Source of the DNA: a virus
IMG/VR virus record: IMGVR_UViG_3300035698_012707
Coordinates: 17,343 to 81,342 of that record
Strand: one strand, 5' to 3'
Length of the DNA: 64,000 nt
Both the position numbers and the translations under genes were made by a program. This document shows positions 20,476 through 29,849 of this stretch, piece after piece; position 1 is the stretch's first letter; every line of letters starts with the position of its first letter. The notes under the pieces are model-generated. The model was not told where the DNA came from. It saw only the letters and a program-made list of their open reading frames with translations, and ran no database searches.

Positions 20476-20553
20476 GGTGGTTGTAGCTTAATTAGATAAA
20501 GCACTTGACTGTGAATCAGGAAGATGGCAGTGCAACTCTGCTCGATCACCCCA
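20476..20553 (+). tRNA. tRNA-His(GTG)
   Basis: G-1, CTTGA-CTGTGAA-TCAGG, CCCA end. Confidence 0.88.
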
Positions 20554-20884
20554 AAAATTATAAGTAAGAAGAATTAAACGGAGGAATAAGATGAAATATG
20601 TTTATCTTGTAGAACTTGAAAAAGAAGACGAAGAAAGATTTAAAAAACTTATTCAAAAAGATTTTAAAAATTCTATAGTAAAATTAAAAAGCTTTGGAGA
20701 TATTGAATCAGTGGAAAACCAAGAAGAATATGACGCTTGGATGGCAGCTGGATAACAAAAGGAGGAATACAATGGGATTAATAGTATTAGCAGCTAATTT
20801 CTGGTATTTGTATGGTGTTGCTTGCGGCCAGGTAGTAGGCGCAGCAGCCATTCAAAAAATGATCTTAGGTGCATAGAGTGTGAT

Positions 20885-20976
20885 GGGGTGCGGCATGCTA
20901 ACATGTCCATGATACAGCGGGTGTGATAACATACCCGTGCTGTAGCAGGTGTAGGAATTAACCTACCGCCCCTCCA
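20885..20976 (+). ncRNA. tRNA-like RNA with extended stem instead of an anticodon arm
   Basis: GGGGTG/CGCCCC-T-CCA; GCATG/CATGT; TACAGC-GGGTGTG/CATACCC-GCTGTA; GTAGG/CCTAC. Confidence 0.45.
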
Positions 20977-20985
20977 ATTTTTTAT

Positions 20986-21013
20986 GGAGACGTGGTGTAA
21001 TTGGTAACACAGC
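20986..21013 (+). pseudogene. 5' half of a tRNA (acceptor strand and D arm only)
   Basis: GGAGACG-TG-GTGT-AATTGGTA-ACAC, then the structure is lost. Confidence 0.5.
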
Positions 21014-21022
21014 ATATTTTAG

Positions 21023-21099
21023 AGAGGAGTAGTTCAGTTGGTCAGAACATCAGGTTTTGATCCTGTCGGTCGCTGGTTCGAATCCGGCCTCCTCTTCCA
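21023..21099 (+). tRNA. tRNA-Gln(TTG)
   Basis: AGAGGAG/CTCCTCT, CAGG-TTTTGAT-CCTG, GGTTCGAATCC, CCA. Confidence 0.85.
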
Positions 21100-21100
21100 T

Positions 21101-21175
21101 CAGGGAGTAACTCAGTCTGGTCAGAGTCCTCGCTTTGGAAGCGAGTTGTCAGAAGTTCAAATCTTCTCTTCCTGA
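21101..21175 (+). tRNA. tRNA-Pro(TGG), CCA not encoded
   Basis: CAGGGAG/CTTCCTG, CTCGC-TTTGGAA-GCGAG. Confidence 0.88.
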
Positions 21176-21188
21176 CTCTTTTAAATTA

Positions 21189-21379
21189 TAACGAGTGGCG
21201 AAAAGAGACGCATGTCAAGCATGAGACTGTGGTTAGCAAATGCAATCAACTTAAGATGATTACCGCTCCACATATGTAGGGTGACTATACGAGTAGAATC
21301 AACCATTTCAACGGTCTACGAAACTGTTGTAAAATTGTTGGCTAACAACCAATGTCTCGTCAAAGCCTACCTCGTTACA
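21189..21379 (+). ncRNA. Expanded tRNA-like RNA with large structured insertions
   Basis: TAACGAG/CTCGTTA acceptor, TGGCG...AGACGC D arm, GTAGG/CCTAC T stem enclosing ~85 nt. Confidence 0.5.
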
Positions 21380-21385
21380 TAATAT

Positions 21386-21461
21386 TGCCTTGTAGCTCAG
21401 TTGGCAGAGCAGTGGCTCGATAAGCCATTGGTCAATGGTTCGAACCCATTCGAGGCAACCA
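21386..21461 (+). tRNA. tRNA-Ile(GAT)
   Basis: TGCCTTG/CGAGGCA, GTGGC-TCGATAA-GCCAT, CCA. Confidence 0.88.
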
Positions 21462-21535
21462 GTCCAAGTAACCGAATGGCTAGGTAGTGGATTGCAAACC
21501 CATTTATGCTGGTTCGAATCCAGTCTTGGACTCCA
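21462..21535 (+). tRNA. tRNA-Cys(GCA)
   Basis: GTCCAAG/CTTGGAC, loop TTGCAAA, U discriminator, CCA. Confidence 0.9.
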
Positions 21536-21537
21536 GT

Positions 21538-21611
21538 GGGGGTATGGTGTAGTGGTAACATGAGTGGCTCCAGACCACTTGACATGGGTCCGATTCCTAT
21601 TGCCCCTGCCA
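21538..21611 (+). tRNA. tRNA-Trp(CCA)
   Basis: GGGGGTA/TGCCCCT, AGTGG-CTCCAGA-CCACT, GCCA. Confidence 0.88.
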
Positions 21612-21839
21612 AAAAATCTGACAACAATTTAAGGGCTTGGAACATGAAGGTCTATAGACTGTACCGGATCGTTGAGAAACGTAAAGAGACTCGTTAAAAC
21701 CGCGAGCGGTCAAGCCCTAACTAAAAAGGATTAATATGGTTTATTTTAAAATCATAACTATGCTATTCATAATACTTTATGCGTTGATGAATAGTGGTTG
21801 TATGATTACTTTATACACACAAAAATTCTAGGAGAGAAC

Positions 21840-22616
21840 GTGAAGACTTACGTAATGAGTGACATACATGGTGGATACAAAGCAATGATACAGTGCTGGG
21901 AGAGGGCTAACTTTAACCCAGAAGAAGACGAACTCATTGTTCTTGGTGATACCTGTGATGGTTGGCCGGAGACAAAGGAATGCGTAGAAGCATTGATGAA
22001 GGTTAAGAACTTAGTATACATACTAGGCAACCATGACCTATGGGCCCTTGATTGGGCTAAGGATGACGAGAGGAACGAGATGTGGGTAACGCAGGGTGGT
22101 TGGAACACCTTGTTATCATATGACTTTAAAATGCCAAAGAAACACATTAAATTCTTCGAAGATGCTCACCTATGGATGGAAGATGAAGATAAAGGAATTC
22201 TCTTTGTTCACGGTGGTATTAATCCTTCCATGTCGGTAGAGGCACACAAGATACATACATTGTTGTGGGACAGAGATCTATTACAATACGTCAGGAAGAT
22301 ACACACAAGAGAAGAACTTAGAGCTAAGGATACTGGTAAAGAGTTTATTAGACCAAAGATAAGTCAATACAACGAGATATTTATAGGACACACTTCATCT
22401 TCGTTCTATGGTAAGTCTGAACCACTACACTATTGTAATGTGTGGCTTCTTGATACCGGCGGTGGATGGGAAGGCAAGCTAACCATAATGGACTTAGAGA
22501 CAAGAGAATATTGGCAGTCAGACTATGTAGATGATTTATATAAGGACAACAAAGGAAGACGAGAAGTAAGCAAAAACAACGAGGAAGTACATAGGTGGTT
22601 AGAAAATGAGGATTAG
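21840..22616 (+). CDS. Ser/Thr protein phosphatase-like metallophosphoesterase
   Basis: SDIHG, LGDTCD, LGNHD, VHGG, IGHT, LDTG. Confidence 0.88.
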   Translation: MKTYVMSDIHGGYKAMIQCWERANFNPEEDELIVLGDTCDGWPETKECVEALMKVKNLVYILGNHDLWALDWAKDDERNEMWVTQGGWNTLLSYDFKMPKKHIKFFEDAHLWMEDEDKGILFVHGGINPSMSVEAHKIHTLLWDRDLLQYVRKIHTREELRAKDTGKEFIRPKISQYNEIFIGHTSSSFYGKSEPLHYCNVWLLDTGGGWEGKLTIMDLETREYWQSDYVDDLYKDNKGRREVSKNNEEVHRWLENED

Positions 22617-22818
22617 AAATATAATAGCATATAAGATATGGCAAATTCGTCAAGAGATTGGGACAGCCGGAAGTAACACTCATGACTGGTATCTTGCGGA
22701 ACAATTTTTGCAAACAAATCCAGACCGATATGATGACGATGATATATACGTTTGGTTTGTGCAGCTAGAAGAAAATATGATTTCAGAAAAAAGACTTGAC
22801 AACTATCCGGAGATATGA
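22606..22818 (+). CDS. DUF2934-like small protein
   Basis: IAYKIWQ...G....DWYLAE. Confidence 0.55.
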   Translation: MRIRNIIAYKIWQIRQEIGTAGSNTHDWYLAEQFLQTNPDRYDDDDIYVWFVQLEENMISEKRLDNYPEI

Positions 22819-22824
22819 TATAAT
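22796..22824 (+). promoter_or_regulatory. Consensus sigma70 promoter upstream of the recA-like gene
   Basis: TTGACA-17-TATAAT with TG. Confidence 0.65.
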
Positions 22825-23009
22825 GGAAAGTAGTTACAAGAGTTTTATTGAAGTAGAAAAGATGCTCAATAATATAAGAAACACAGAAGCCTGGATAGGT
22901 GACTGCTGTGTTGATTTTCTAGTTAACCTAGAAGGTGGTACAGAATTTTACGAACACGTGAAGTGTGGTATATGTGGTAGAGAACTATACTTTGCAGACA
23001 GGAGGAAGA

Positions 23010-23936
23010 ATGGTAAAGAAGACAGTCGAAGACAAACCCTTGACTCCCGAAGAGAAGAGGAAACGTCTGAAGCAAAAGATAACCATGATAAACAAAAAAG
23101 CAGGAAAAACAGTAATACAGATGGCTACGGAGAGTTCGCCCCGGGAGAGGGTCCCGTTTTCGTCTGATGAACTAAATGAAATTAGCGGAGGAGGTCCTCC
23201 AAGAGGAGCTTTTTCTGTTATGTGGGGTGGTAAGGCTGCAGGTAAAACATCTTCATGTTATAGCCTTATAGCTAACGCACAAAAAGAAGGTATACTATGT
23301 ATGCTCTATGATTTTGAGCGATCTTTTGACCCTGTATGGGCTAAGACGTTTGGAGTAGATCCAGAGTTATTGTTAATTGCTAAGTTCAAAGATGCTGAAG
23401 CAGGCCTAGATAATATAATAGATATATGTAAAGAAGATCTAGTAGGCCTCATAGTCGTAGACTCTATTCAGGGCTTGTGTCCACGCGGGGAATACGAAAC
23501 AAAGAAAGGTAAAGAAAAATCAATAGCTGATGATACCATGGCATTGATACCAAGAAAGCTTAGTAAATTCTTTCCTAAAGCTGCACCTTTTGTTGACGAT
23601 TCAAACTGTGCTGTTGTTCTAATAGGACAGACTCGTAAGGGTCTTGGTAGTTTTATTGTACTTGATGAGTTGACTGGCGGTAATGCTCTGCTACATTGGA
23701 GTGCTTTAACAATGCATTGTAGACGCGGCAAGAAAGACAACGCACCATCTATCAAGGTAGACAACGGTAAGAAGGATAAGAGTGGTAAAACAAAACTAGA
23801 CACAGTACTCATAGGATATGAGATGGTTGTTAAGGTAAACAAGTCTAAAGTTGGCCCTGATGAGGGTAAAGAGGCTCGTTTGCCTTTTTATTTCGGCAGT
23901 GGCTTTTTAAAACTGGAGGAAGAGAAAGATGATTAA
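23010..23936 (+). CDS. recA: RecA/UvsX-like recombinase
   Basis: GGGPPRG, GGKAAGKTS Walker A, DFERSFDP, VVDS, IGQTR, TGGNAL. Confidence 0.88.
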   Translation: MVKKTVEDKPLTPEEKRKRLKQKITMINKKAGKTVIQMATESSPRERVPFSSDELNEISGGGPPRGAFSVMWGGKAAGKTSSCYSLIANAQKEGILCMLYDFERSFDPVWAKTFGVDPELLLIAKFKDAEAGLDNIIDICKEDLVGLIVVDSIQGLCPRGEYETKKGKEKSIADDTMALIPRKLSKFFPKAAPFVDDSNCAVVLIGQTRKGLGSFIVLDELTGGNALLHWSALTMHCRRGKKDNAPSIKVDNGKKDKSGKTKLDTVLIGYEMVVKVNKSKVGPDEGKEARLPFYFGSGFLKLEEEKDD

Positions 23937-24129
23937 AGATAATATACTATATGAATTCTGTAAGGATCATTACTATTGTGATCCAAAAGGCAATGGAAGA
24001 GAGCCATGGGAACCATTTGAGAACTATGAAACAGATCACATAGAAAGTATGATACAAAACGATGTGATTGCTTTAAAGGAGTTTTTAAAACATAACCTAA
24101 ATAAGGGGTGGGACGATGAAAGCAATTAA
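23929..24129 (+). CDS. Hypothetical protein ending WDDESN
   Basis: Coupled ORF; WDxxxN C-terminus. Confidence 0.55.
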   Translation: MIKDNILYEFCKDHYYCDPKGNGREPWEPFENYETDHIESMIQNDVIALKEFLKHNLNKGWDDESN

Positions 24130-24321
24130 GATTACGGTAGAATATGAAGATGGATCAAAGCACATAATAGGAGGAAAAGCAGCAGCGCTTATGCAGGGTA
24201 GAATTAATTCAGCAGGCATCATGGCTGGAATAGAAGTAAAAGAAGAAGAACCAATAGATCAACCACCAGATATCAAGGGTGAAATAAAAATAATAAAATC
24301 ATCACCAGAAAAGGAATAAAA

Positions 24322-24654
24322 ATGTCAGAAGAATTTATAAAACTAGATGGCAGAGATGGTGAAGATCCTAAGTTAATGTACGATCTTGTAGATGTATTTG
24401 CTTTGGAAGACTTAGTTAAAGTACTTACAATGGGAGCAAAAAAATACAGTCCCAACAATTGGCATAAATGTAAAGGTAGATTGAGGTACTATGCTGCTGC
24501 AATGAGACACATGGAAGCCTGGAGAAAAGGAGAAGATCTAGATCCAGAATCTGGTCTTCCTCATATTAGTCATGCAATGTGTTGTCTAAAGTTTATTCAT
24601 GGTATATCAAGGCTCCATCCAATGCACGACGATAGGAGTGTTAAGGATGAATAG
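24322..24654 (+). CDS. dATP/dGTP diphosphohydrolase domain protein (DUF5664-like)
   Basis: VLTMGAKKYSPNNW...AAMRH..AW..GEDLDPESGLPHISHA. Confidence 0.85.
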   Translation: MSEEFIKLDGRDGEDPKLMYDLVDVFALEDLVKVLTMGAKKYSPNNWHKCKGRLRYYAAAMRHMEAWRKGEDLDPESGLPHISHAMCCLKFIHGISRLHPMHDDRSVKDE

Positions 24655-25151
24655 ATTTATGTCATCAGTAACTAACTTTTTAGAAAGGCATGGAGTAATA
24701 GAAACGCAACGTCCATTCTACACGTCAGTAGTTAATACACCACCTATTGCAGAAGAATGGGATTCTGTAAGCAATGAAGAACGTCAAGAACATACACTAT
24801 ATAGTCTTGAAAACGGTACGACTATAAGAATGGCAGAAAGCGTGAACAATGCAGTCGCTGGTAGCTCCATAGGTGCTAGTCCTATGAGCTGGGCTGTAGA
24901 TGCTACTACTTTTCAAGGATTAACTTCTAGCATAGAGGCTGTCCCCATGAACACACACCCAACGATAAGTCTTTCTTCTGCGCATTCTGATTACACTAAT
25001 GTTTGGTTTGAATTGGGAAACAATCATACTGCAGAAATTAAAATTCTAGATAACAACGAAGGACTAGAGATAGCAATAGATACAAATATATTTGAACCAA
25101 TTATTGAAGACGGAAAGATTAGGTTTATAAGAATGTATGACGAGGAGAATA

Positions 25152-25838
25152 ATGCAAGTCAAGATACTAGAACACACGAAACATCCATTGAAAACAGTGT
25201 ACACGGCAGCCCGAACATGTTACTCGGCAGACACACCGTCATCAATACACAGACGTAGAGAAGTAAATGACAAGCTTGTTAAATCTGTAATAAAGATGGG
25301 CCATCACTCAGTACTAGAACATATAAATATAACGTTTGCTATAGATAATATTTCTAGGGCCTGCTCACATCAATTAGTTAGGCATAGAATAGCTAGTTAT
25401 TCACAACAATCTCAAAGGTATGTTAATTTTAAGAAGGGATTTGGCTATGTTATCCCGCCGACAATAGGAGTCAACAAAGAACTAGAACAAGAGTACATAG
25501 ACATGATGGATAATTTATCTGGTTTCTATAAATATATGGTTGATGTGTATGATATGCCAGCAGAAGATGCAAGATATCTTATTCCTAATGCATGCTGTAC
25601 TAACATAACGATGACAGTTAACGCTAGAGAGCTTATAGAAATGTGTAAGCTTAGGCTATGCGATACAGCACAGTGGGAGATAAGAACGATGTTTGAATCA
25701 ATAAAAGCATGTGTTTCCAGTAACAGGCATCTAAGGTTCCTTTCTGAATATTTGTCTCCAAAGTGTGAATGGATTAAGTATTGTCCAGAAGGAAAAAAAT
25801 CATGCGGCAAAATTGCAACATTAAAAGATGGAGAATAG
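25152..25838 (+). CDS. thyX: FAD-dependent thymidylate synthase
   Basis: GHHSVLEH, SRACSHQLVRHRIASYSQQSQRY, EDARY, AQWEIR. Confidence 0.95.
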   Translation: MQVKILEHTKHPLKTVYTAARTCYSADTPSSIHRRREVNDKLVKSVIKMGHHSVLEHINITFAIDNISRACSHQLVRHRIASYSQQSQRYVNFKKGFGYVIPPTIGVNKELEQEYIDMMDNLSGFYKYMVDVYDMPAEDARYLIPNACCTNITMTVNARELIEMCKLRLCDTAQWEIRTMFESIKACVSSNRHLRFLSEYLSPKCEWIKYCPEGKKSCGKIATLKDGE

Positions 25839-25846
25839 CATATAAT

Positions 25847-26149
25847 ATGGATGACATAGCAACGTATAAACAAGACAACGTAAACATGGTGTCAACTGAA
25901 TCTACTAGATCTGGGTGGGGATTTTTCTCAGAAGAAATTAGTTGGTTCTTGTGTGATTTTTTTACAAAAAGACTTAACTATGAATTAAAGCTTATATTTT
26001 ATAGCTATTATGTAACAGGTATGTCGTTAAAAGACATAGGGGAAAGGTTTGATTGCAGCCATCAAGCAATACACAAAAAACTGTTGAGTATAAACAAAAT
26101 GCTTAGCCACGCTTGGCAATACTCTGATAGGTGGAGGGAAGAAGAATGA
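25847..26149 (+). CDS. Sigma-70 region 4-like HTH protein
   Basis: YYVTGMSLKDIGERFDCSHQAIHKKL. Confidence 0.6.
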   Translation: MDDIATYKQDNVNMVSTESTRSGWGFFSEEISWFLCDFFTKRLNYELKLIFYSYYVTGMSLKDIGERFDCSHQAIHKKLLSINKMLSHAWQYSDRWREEE

Positions 26150-26687
26150 CAGCACTAGAAAGAGAACTAGAAGTTATCACGAATGAAATAGCTGTAGAGA
26201 TGTTGGTTGAACCAGAGAGTTTAGCTATGGGGTCTCACGATACAGCATCACAAGCTGTTCCTGTTCTTATGGAGAGAATGGATAAGGTTTGTGGGCTTAT
26301 GGATTGGCAGGCAACATTAATAGAGAAAGCAAAAGTAGAACTAGAAGAGAAAAAATACATTCATAAGAAAGCAGAGAAAGACTACAAGCACGAACACAAC
26401 AAAGCCTATCTTGGATACAAGCAAGCAGACAGAGAGAAATACGGAGCAGACTTCAAGAAGAACGCGAGGACTGACCCGGAGTATAAAGCTATGTCTGACA
26501 TGGAGGTAGATGAAGATCTTAACTTTGCTCTACAGAAGGAACGAGATTATTTGGCCGCGCAGCATGCTCTTGAAGACGCCAAACATAAATATGAAACATT
26601 AAACAATCACTTTCTAAGTTATAGAAAGAGCTGTGATCTACTTAAGATAGAATTTGAGAAGCTAGGGAAGTATGGGAGCGGTGTATA

Positions 26688-26855
26688 ATGGCTAACAATA
26701 ATGGTTATGAACGTTACACTACTACAGCTACAGATTCAACTTGGATGCCAGGAACTACTGGAACTGGATACTATACTTCTGAATGGATTACTACTTCTTT
26801 CGAAGTAAAAGAAGCTTACGATGGATGGGATTCACCAGACAATGAGGGGCAATAA
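26688..26855 (+). CDS. 55-aa Thr-rich hypothetical protein ending GWDSPDNEGQ (below ORF-track cutoff)
   Basis: Hand translation; TAATG coupling at both ends. Confidence 0.5.
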   Translation: MANNNGYERYTTTATDSTWMPGTTGTGYYTSEWITTSFEVKEAYDGWDSPDNEGQ

Positions 26856-27389
26856 TGATTTCTTTTCATGGAGACAGAAGTTATAAATGTAAGGTATGTG
26901 GAAAAATAGAAGAAGATTCTTTTGTTGATGGCGTATGTTCTGCCTGTCTATACAAAGAGAAAGTTAGTAAAACAAACAGCCTGTGTGAAGAGTGTAAAAA
27001 GAAATGTAAGCAGAGTTCCTTAGTATCAATACAATACTGTCCAGAATATGTATACAGTAGGCCTAAAATCACACAGAAACAAGGCATAGCGACACGATCT
27101 CGTGACTTAGGTGAAAAGACCAGCAAGAAGCCTAAAGAGGCTTTAAAACGCAAGAAAAGGAAGAAATAATGGAGTGGAAAGAAGATAAGATAAAACATAT
27201 GATAATATCTTTATTGCTTGTAGTTATCTCGTGGTTATTTACTCAGAATATACTATATGCAATGATTATATCGTTATCTATTGGTATTTTAAAAGAAGTA
27301 TATGATGAGTTCTTTTCTGGTCCGAAAAGTCATTGGGATCCAGAAGATATCTTTGCAGATCTAGTTGGTATATTAATAGGTGCTGGAAT

Positions 27390-27917
27390 ATGCAATTTAA
27401 TCTAGCTAATAGTTCTCTTAACCATATACCAGGTATCTTTAGAAAAATCCACTGGGAGACCGGGCAGCTAAACTTTGATGTAGGTGGAGGACGTTTCGAT
27501 AAGGCAACAGAATTTTTATTCGACAAAGGTATAATGAATGTTATCTTTGATCAATACGCTAGGACTGCTGAACATAACTTTAGATCCATAGAATATATGG
27601 AAGAACATGAAGCTGATACTGTTACGTTATCTAATGTACTCTGCGTGATAAGAGAAAAGAGCGAGAGATTAAACTTACTATCACTTGCTAAAGATTATCT
27701 TAAGCTAGGAGGTAATGTATATATTAGTATCTATGCTGGAGATGGAACAAGACGAGGTAGATCAACAAAGAGTAAGACATGGCAAAACAACAGACCACTC
27801 AAGACATACTTAAGGGAGATACAATCTATTTTCCCCGGCGCACATCTTGAGAAAGGATATATTGCTGCAACGAAGGGAGAAAAAGATGAAAAAAGAACTG
27901 GAAAAGAAACTCTTTGA
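27390..27917 (+). CDS. Class I SAM-dependent methyltransferase
   Basis: NFDVGGG motif I; DTVTLSNVLCVI. Confidence 0.7.
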   Translation: MQFNLANSSLNHIPGIFRKIHWETGQLNFDVGGGRFDKATEFLFDKGIMNVIFDQYARTAEHNFRSIEYMEEHEADTVTLSNVLCVIREKSERLNLLSLAKDYLKLGGNVYISIYAGDGTRRGRSTKSKTWQNNRPLKTYLREIQSIFPGAHLEKGYIAATKGEKDEKRTGKETL

Positions 27918-28281
27918 AGCATACCCTAAGATTTTCGCACAAAAAGATATGAGACCACAAGAAACATGTCTTTGTTGGGGCATATCTACGGGAAATGGAT
28001 GGTATAAAATAATAGATAAACTGTGTAGTAAGATACAAAAATACGTAGACAGCAACGAAGTAAAACAAGTACAAACAGTACAAGTTAAAGAGAAATTTGG
28101 TGGGCTTAGGTTCTATGTTGACGGAGCACCAGAGGAAGTATATAAATATATATATGAAGCAGAAGGAGAGAGCCTAGTTACTTGTGAGGAATGTGGATCT
28201 AAGGATAGAGTAAAACAAAGTGTAGCTGGATGGACATCAACTCTTTGTCATAAGTGTATGGAGGGAAGAAATGCGAAGTAA
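27886..28281 (+). CDS. Conserved phage hypothetical protein
   Basis: GWY...QVKEKFGGLRFY...TCEECG...TLC. Confidence 0.7.
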   Translation: MKKELEKKLFEAYPKIFAQKDMRPQETCLCWGISTGNGWYKIIDKLCSKIQKYVDSNEVKQVQTVQVKEKFGGLRFYVDGAPEEVYKYIYEAEGESLVTCEECGSKDRVKQSVAGWTSTLCHKCMEGRNAK

Positions 28282-28567
28282 TGAATATTTGTGGGACAAA
28301 GTTGTAATGGATATGTATAGAGAAATGTATACTAAGTCAGATCCGTCTGCAGACATAGATAGATTGGTTGAAAATGGAACTACAAAAAAACCTAATTGGT
28401 TTAGTGATTATTATCTTCCAAAGGAAGAGTTCGTAAAAATATTTAATAAAGTATCCAAAAAACATAGACTAACAAGAAAAGAAAAAGAAAAAGTTTCTTT
28501 CGAAGTTTATCTTGGAGCTGGACCAACAAGCGTTAGACCACCCGACTGGGACAAAGAGGAGAACTAA
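28271..28567 (+). CDS. Hypothetical protein ending WDKEEN
   Basis: Coupled ORF; WDxxxN C-terminus. Confidence 0.55.
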   Translation: MRSNEYLWDKVVMDMYREMYTKSDPSADIDRLVENGTTKKPNWFSDYYLPKEEFVKIFNKVSKKHRLTRKEKEKVSFEVYLGAGPTSVRPPDWDKEEN

Positions 28568-28755
28568 TGGATATAGCTATACAAATTGATGGCAGCAACT
28601 TAAAGACCGTTAAGGTCGACGAAAATATAAAGGATCAAAAATTATGGTTGTTCACTATACTTTACACGGATGTGGATGTGATGGCAAGAGTGGGAAAGAA
28701 GCTGAAGGAAGTAATACATGTGCCGAACAAGCTTGTGAACCTAGTAACGAAATAG
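28567..28755 (+). CDS. Stand-alone protein resembling the C-terminal domain of bacterial LeuRS
   Basis: IAIQIDG...V.V and KKLKEVIHVPNKLVNLV match the LeuRS CTD pattern VVQVNGK...RKVIYVPGKLLNLV. Confidence 0.6.
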   Translation: MDIAIQIDGSNLKTVKVDENIKDQKLWLFTILYTDVDVMARVGKKLKEVIHVPNKLVNLVTK

Positions 28756-29231
28756 ATAACAACTGGTGGGCAGCTCAAGTAGCAAGCAACAAAGAATATG
28801 ACACCAAGAGAGAGATAGTAAACATGTGTTCTCTTAAGGAAGATGATGTTCTTATCCCGCGGCGAATGGTTTATGATGTGAAGGACGATAAGGTAGACAA
28901 GAAGACAGAGGTAGTATTGCCTGGATATATATTATTACGATTAGGTAATCAAAAGATGCTGCGCGGTCTTGAGTCGATGATAAACTATATAAATATACTA
29001 GGAAAAATAAGCATGGAAGAAATGGAAATAGTAAAAGAGTTTGAGAACATACCAAAAGAAACTAACGCCAATGAAGGCGACAAAGTTATAATAACTAAGG
29101 GTCCATTTGCAGGAGTCAAAGGAGTCATCGTTGAAAAACTTGATAATACTTACTGTAAGTGTAGGTTACTTTTTCAAGGCAATGAGATAGTAACATCCAT
29201 GGACCCAAGAATTGTAGAGAGGATAACATGA
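28644..29231 (+). CDS. NusG/RfaH-family transcription elongation factor (start uncertain)
   Basis: NGN WWAAQVASNKE...LIP...VLPGYILL; KOW EGDKVIITKGPFAGVKGVI. Confidence 0.82.
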   Translation: MVVHYTLHGCGCDGKSGKEAEGSNTCAEQACEPSNEIDNNWWAAQVASNKEYDTKREIVNMCSLKEDDVLIPRRMVYDVKDDKVDKKTEVVLPGYILLRLGNQKMLRGLESMINYINILGKISMEEMEIVKEFENIPKETNANEGDKVIITKGPFAGVKGVIVEKLDNTYCKCRLLFQGNEIVTSMDPRIVERIT

Positions 29232-29479
29232 GCAATGGATGGGATAGAGAAGATAATGAACTGATTGTTGCAGAAAGAAACAACAATCCAGCAGGCGAAA
29301 TACAATCAAGACCCGACATTTTAATACCAGGTGCTTTCTATAGTTGTCCTACACACGGAGAAATACGAGAAGTTATTGTATTCTCACTCGATGGAACATC
29401 ATACTCATATTGTACTAGATGTTTACATGAACTACTAGGCCAACACTTTACGCCACTGGAGATGGTTACTAATGCATGA
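29228..29479 (+). CDS. Zn-binding hypothetical protein starting MSNGWDREDN
   Basis: CPTHG...CTRC; paralog-like to the next ORF. Confidence 0.55.
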   Translation: MSNGWDREDNELIVAERNNNPAGEIQSRPDILIPGAFYSCPTHGEIREVIVFSLDGTSYSYCTRCLHELLGQHFTPLEMVTNA

Positions 29480-29849
29480 ATGGGATAGCATAGACAACGA
29501 ACAAGAAGCAGTAGAGTATGGAGTAAGTCCTGCGTTTGAATTTATGAATGCTAGCCTTAATTACCATGTTGATACATCGTTTAATGCGGGCGGCTTGTCT
29601 TTAGCGATGAATAATGATGTCAGTCATGGCTGCGACAGACATGGACCAGTTAATAGCATAACAATAAAAACAGACGTAGAACAAGACGCACATCCAAGAG
29701 AGGTAACGGTATGTACTCATTGCCTTATGGACATGCTTGTACGCGAGTGTGGTGCTCATGACTCAGATACGCAAAGAAGAATAAATACAGAAAGACAACA
29801 GTTACGATACTACGAAGGTGCAGTTATGGCACGGGAGGAACGAATATGA
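29472..29849 (+). CDS. Zn-binding hypothetical protein starting MHEWDSIDN
   Basis: CDRHG...CTHCL. Confidence 0.55.
   Translation: MHEWDSIDNEQEAVEYGVSPAFEFMNASLNYHVDTSFNAGGLSLAMNNDVSHGCDRHGPVNSITIKTDVEQDAHPREVTVCTHCLMDMLVRECGAHDSDTQRRINTERQQLRYYEGAVMAREERI

Noticed and set aside
21397-21697. ORFs 21397..21645 (-) and 21506..21697 (+)
   Set aside because: They overlap clear tRNA genes
24322-24654. Evidence for a Z-base or deazaguanine-modified genome
   Set aside because: DUF5664 alone is widespread; no purZ or dpdA/que genes are visible in the window
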